DNA of 64,000 bases from the human T2T-CHM13v2.0 reference genome, Homo sapiens. The stretch lies in assembly GCF_009914755.1 (NCBI RefSeq), contig NC_060930.1, one strand, 5' to 3'. Below the pieces are notes generated by a model that ran no database searches, was not told where the DNA came from, and worked only from the letters and a program-made list of their open reading frames with translations. Both the position numbers and the translations under genes were made by a program. This document shows, piece after piece, positions 57,786 through 64,000 of the stretch. The number at the start of each line of letters is the position of its first letter. Positions within the stretch are counted from its first letter, which is position 1.

Positions 57786-59520
57786 AAGTAGACACATAAA
57801 AAATGGAAAGATACTCCATGCTTATGGATTGGAAGAATTAATATTATTAAAATGACAATACTACCCAAAGCAATCTACAGATTCTGTGCAATCCCTATCA
57901 AAATGCCAAAGACATTCTTCACAGAATGACATTTCACCAAAAAAAAGAACCCTAAGATTTATGTAGAATGATAGAAGACCCTGAATAGTAAAAGCAAAAC
58001 TGAGCAAGAGGAGCAAAGCTAAAGGCATCACACTATGTGACTTCAAAATTTACTACAAAGCTATGATAACCAAAACAACATGGTACTGGCATAAAAAACA
58101 GACACATGGACCAGTGGAACAGAATAGAGAATCCTGATATACATTTATGCATTTACAACCAACTTATTTTTGACAAAGATGCCGAGAACATACAATGGGG
58201 AAAGGACAATTTTTTCAATAAATAGTGCTGGGAAAACTGGATAACTATATGCAAAAGAATGAAAGTAAACCCCCATCTCTCATCCTACACAAAAATCAAG
58301 TCAAAATGGATTAAAGACTTACATCTGAAACCTCAAATCTAAGACCTATGAAACTTATAGAAGAAAACATTAGAGAAATGCTCCAGGACATTGGTCTATG
58401 CAAAGATTTTTTTGTGTGTAAGACCTCGAAAGCATAGGCAAATAAAGCAAAAATGGCCAAATGGGATTAGATCCAGCTAAAATGCTTCAGCATGGCGAAG
58501 GAAAAAATCAACAAAGTGAAAAGACAACCCATGGAATGGGAGAAAATATTTGCAATCCATCTATCTGACAAGGGATTAATAACCAGAATATATAAGGAAC
58601 TCAGACAACTCAATAGCAAAAAACAAATAATGCAATTCAAAAATGGGCAAAAGATCTAACATTTCGTATATGAAGAAATGCTCAGCATCACTAATCATCA
58701 GAGAAATACAAATCAAAATCACATTGCATTATCATTTTACCCTAGTTAAAATGGCTCATACCAAAAGACAGGCATAGAGAACAGTGCAGAGGTTTCTCAA
58801 ATAACTAAAAATAGAAGTACCATATGATTCAGCAGTTCCAAAGGAAAGGAAAACAATATCCAAAAGAAAGGAAATGAATATGCTGCGAGAAATCTACACT
58901 CTCATGTTTATCGCAGCACTATTCACGGTAGCCAAAAAATGGAATCAACCTAAATGGCTATCAGTGGATGAATGAATAAAGAAAATGTGGTGTGTATACA
59001 CAATGGAATATTATTCAGCCAAAAAAAGGAAAAGAATTCTGTTATTTGCAGCAACATGGATAGAACTAGAGGTCATTGTTTGAAATAAAATAAGCCAAGC
59101 ACAGAAAGACACATATCGTATGTTCTCACTCACATGTGGGAGCTAAAAAAGGTGGATCTCGTGAAAATAGAGGTAGATTAGTGGTTACCAAAGGCCAGGA
59201 AGGAAAGGGGGAAGGAGTGGAGGATGAAAGTGGAAAAAAAAGAATATACGTGTTTTTATTACCACTGAAATGTATGCTTTGAAACTGTAAAGATGGCAAA
59301 TTATACATGAATATTTTACCTTCATAAAAAATAAATGTAAAAAGTAAAATACAAAACTATAAAACATGTAAAAGATAGCATAAGAGAAAATCCAGACGAC
59401 TTTGGGCTGAGCAATGACTTTTTAAATGCATGACCTATAAAAGAAAGAAATGATAACGCAGATTTCATTAAGATTAAAATTTTCTGCCCTTCTAAAGATG
59501 CTGTCAAGAAAATGAAAAGA

Positions 59521-59763
<243 letters not shown>

Positions 59764-60614
59764 TGAAAGGACAAGCCACAGACTGAGAGAAAACATTGCA
59801 AAAGGCTTATCTGATTAAGGACTGTTAACAAAATATACGTAGAACTCCTAAAGAACAATAACGCAGACAACCCTATTTAAAAATTAGCAAAAGGCCTTTA
59901 TAGGCACCTGACTAAAGAGGATATACAAATGGAAAGCAGACATATGAGAAGATACTCCACTGCATATATCATCAGGAAAATGCAAATTAGAACAATGAGA
60001 TACCACTACACACCTATTAGAATGGCCAAAATCCACAACATTGACAGCACCAAATGCTGGTGACGATGTGGAACCACAGAAACTCTCATTCATTGCTGGT
60101 GGGAATGCAAAATGATACAGCCATTTTAAAAGACAGTTTGGCAGTTTCTTATTTAACTAAATACATTTACCTTAGGATCCTGCAGTTGTGTCCTTGGTAT
60201 TTACCTGAATGCTTTTAAAACATATATTCATATGAAAACCTGCAAGCAAAAGTTTATAGCAGCAATGTTTACAATTGCCAAAACACAGAAGGAACCAAGA
60301 TTATCTTGCTGTCGGTGAATGGATAAATAAACTGCAGTACATCTAGACAATGGGATATTATTCAGTGCTAGAAGGAAATGAGCTATCAAGCTATGAAAAG
60401 ACATGGAGGAAACTTAAATGCATATTACAAAGTGAAAGGAACCAATGTTTAAAAGCTATATACTGTATAATTCCAAGTATGTGACATTCCGAAAAAGGCA
60501 AACTATAGAGGGGGTAGAGGATCAGCAGTTGCCAAGAGTTAGGGGGAGAGGGAGGGATGAATGAGTGGATCACAGAGAAGTTTTAGGGCAGTGAATCTAT
60601 TTTGTATGACACTG

Positions 60615-62633
60615 TGTTTTAGTCTGTTCTCATATTGCTATAAAGAACTACCTGAGACTGGGTAATGTATGAAGAATAGAGGTTTACGACTCATGGTTAC
60701 ACAGGCTTAACAGTAAGCATGACTGGGAGGCCTCAGGAAACTTATAATCATGGCAAAAGGTGAAGGAGAAGCAGGCATCTTCCTCACATGGCAGCAGGAG
60801 ACAGAGAGGGAAGGGGGAAGTGCCACACACTTTTAAACCATCAGATCTCGTGAGACCTCACTATCACAAGAATAACAAGGGGCACATCAGCCCCCGTGAT
60901 CCAGTTACCTCTCTCCAGGCCCCTCCTTCAATTCAACATGAGGTTTGGGCAGGGACACAAGTCCAAATCATATCATTCTGTTCTTGGCCCCTCCCAAATC
61001 TCATGTCCTTCTCATATTCCAAAATACAAATATCTCTTCTCAATAGTCCACCAGTCTTAACTCGTTTCAGCATTAACTCAAGTTTATAGTCCAGACTCTC
61101 CCCTGAGACAAGGTAAGTCCTTTCCACCTATGAGCCTGTAAAATCAAAAACAAGTTAGTTACTTCTGAGATACAGTGAGGGTGCAGGCACTGGATAAATG
61201 CTCCCATTCTTAATGGGAGAAATTGGCCAAAACAAAGGGGCTACAGGCCCCATGCAAGTCTGAAGCCCACCAGGAAAGTCATTCAATTGTAAAGCTCCAA
61301 AATAATCTCCTTTGACTCCATGTCTCACTTCCAGGTCATGCCAATGCAAGGGGTGGGCTCCCAAGGCCTTGGGCAGCTCCACCCCTGTGGCTCTGCAGGG
61401 TACAGCCCCCTTGGCTGCTTTCACAGGCTGATGTTGAGTGCCTGTGACTTTTCCAGGTGCATGATGTAAGCTGTCAGTAGGTCTACCATTCTGAGGTCTA
61501 GAGGATGGTGGCCCTCTTCTCACAGCTCCACTAGGCAGTGCCCCAGTGGGCATGCTGCATGGGGGCTCCAACCCCCCATATCTTCTCTGCACTGCTCTTG
61601 TAGAGGTGTTCCATGAGGGCTCCACCAGTGCAGCACACTTCTGCCTAGACATCTGGGCATTTCCATACATTCTTTGAAATCTAGGCAGAGATTCCCAAAC
61701 CTCACCTCTTGCCTTCTGCGCACCCATAGGCCCAACACCACACCTTGGTGTGGCCATGGCCCAAGCCACACCTTGGTCCCTTTTAGCTATGGCTGGAGCT
61801 GGAGCAGCTGGGGTGCCATGTCCCAAGGCTACACAGAGCAGCTGGCCCTGTATCTGGCTCATGGAACCATTTTTTCCTTCTAGATCTCCAACCTGTGATG
61901 GCGGGGTCTGCTGTGGTGGTCTGTGAAATGCCCTAGAGACACTTTCCCCCACTGTCTTGGCTGTGAACATTCAACTCCTCTTTACTTATGCACATTTGGG
62001 TGATAGACTTGAATTTTGCCCCAGAAAACAGGGGGTTTTTTTTGTACCACATGATCAGGCTGCAAATTTTCCATACTTTTATGCTCTGCTTTTTAAATAT
62101 AAGTTCCATTTTCAGATAATCTCTTTGTTCATGCATATGAGCCTACACTTTTAGAAACAGTCAGGTCAACTCTTGAATGCTTTGCTGCTTAGAAATTTCT
62201 TTTGTCAGATACCCTAAATCATCTCTCTCAATTTCAAAATTCCACAGATCTCTAGGGCAGGGGCAAAATGCCTCCAGCCTCTTTGCTAAAGCATAGCAAA
62301 AGTGACCTTACTCTAGTTCCCAATAAGTTCCTCATCTCCATCTGAAACCACCTCAGGCTGGACTTCATTGTCCATATCATTATCAGCATTTTGGTCAAAA
62401 TCATTCAACAAGTCACGTGGAAGGTGAAGGGGAAGCAGGCACCTTCTTCACACGGCAATAGGAGAGTGAAGGGGGAAGTGCCACACACTTTTAAACCATC
62501 AGATCTCATGAGAACTCACTGTCACAAGAACAGCAAGGGGGACATCCATCCCCATGATCCACTCACCTCCTACCAGGCCTCTCCTCCTATTTGACAGGAG
62601 ATTTGGATGGGGACACAAATCCAAACCATATCA
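60615..62633 (-). mobile_element. MSTA (MaLR) element: LTR 60615-~60974, internal region, partly deleted LTR ~62416-62633; 5-bp TSD CACTG
   Basis: tgttttagtc...ccaaaccatatca termini; CACTG at 60610-60614 and 62634-62638; two LTR copies visible. Confidence 0.9.
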
Positions 62634-63190
62634 CACTGTAACAATAGATATATGTCATTATAAATTTGTCCAAACTCATGGAATGCACAACGTCAAGAGT
62701 AAACCCTAACATAGACTCTGGGTAATACTGATGGATCAATGCAGGTTCATCGATTGTGACAAATATACCACTCAAGTTGGGGAGTTTAATAATGGAGGAA
62801 GCTATGCATGGTGAGGAAGGGGAGATAAGGGAAATCTCTGTACCTTCCTCTCAACTTTGCTGTGAACTTAAAACTGCTCTAAAATATAAAGTCTTTTTTA
62901 AAAATAGTGCATTTATAACCACTGTCACTACCATTACTACTGCTTCTAGTACTTATACCCCTTTTCTGCTACATATTTCTCCTTACTGCTTAGTATTTAA
63001 TCACCTTTTAATGCATATATGTGTGATATTAATGTATATTAAATATATTGTAATGAATTTATGGCTCACTCTGGAGAATGGAATTGGATAGGTAGGTATT
63101 TGAAGCACAGTGTTTACTTTTTTACTTTTACATCTCTGAATAGTATTAGAGTGTGAATGACAACTTACCTGATAAAGTTTTTTGAGCATT

Positions 63191-63602
<412 letters not shown>

Positions 63603-64000
63603 TCAGCAATGCCTGTATGTATGAAGGTTCAGTCTGTGTCCTGTGTGTTCCATCCAAGTCAAAGGATAATAGAGTATACCAGAATGAGATTATCCAAGGC
63701 CTTTGACATAAGAATTTCTAGAACTATCTAGTTAAATTGGAAAGAGCTGCTAAAGACTCATTTTGGAAATATTTACAAATAAGTGTTCTATCCTCTCTTA
63801 TGACATTAGATATATCAACCTTGGAAATGGATGCTTATGTCAACTGAGCACGCAGTGATTTTTCTTTATACCAAGTGATGTTATCTTTGATCCAGTGCTG
63901 ACCCAGGCTCTCTTTGCCACTGTAGTAGAGGATTTAACTGATAGTTCTAGCTCTCTTCTGCCTGATCTTGTCCTGACCTCTGAAGAGGAGATGAAGCCCT

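Overview
This is human/primate, AT-rich, repeat-dense genomic DNA from the interior of VTA1 (LIP5; VPS4 cofactor that binds ESCRT-III), on the + strand. I identified it by recognising the spliced translation. Six coding exons (2-7; 95, 128, 76, 109, 177 and 81 nt) have canonical AG/GT ends and splice into one open frame, CRLYAMQTGMKIDSKTPEC...PALFNTISQG. Exon 1 and the final VSL-domain exon lie outside the window. The introns hold about 19 Alus, old L1M and L2 fragments, MIRs, MST/MaLR LTR elements, an LTR-less ERVL reverse-transcriptase fragment and DNA-transposon relics (MER47A, MER58A, MER5A, MADE1, MADE2). Almost all ORFs in the supplied track are spurious. The most interesting signal is a ~30-37 nt inverted copy of coding exon 2 about 810 nt upstream in intron 1. 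It could pair with the exon in pre-mRNA and loop out the exon 2 acceptor (candidate splicing-regulatory or ADAR editing-complementary element). Several other locally templated, fold-back insertions also occur: an internal Alu fragment probably copied from a neighbouring Alu, a palindrome-containing ~158-bp triplication in an L1, and a perfect 30-bp palindrome. Repeat subfamily names and boundaries were assigned by eye and are approximate.
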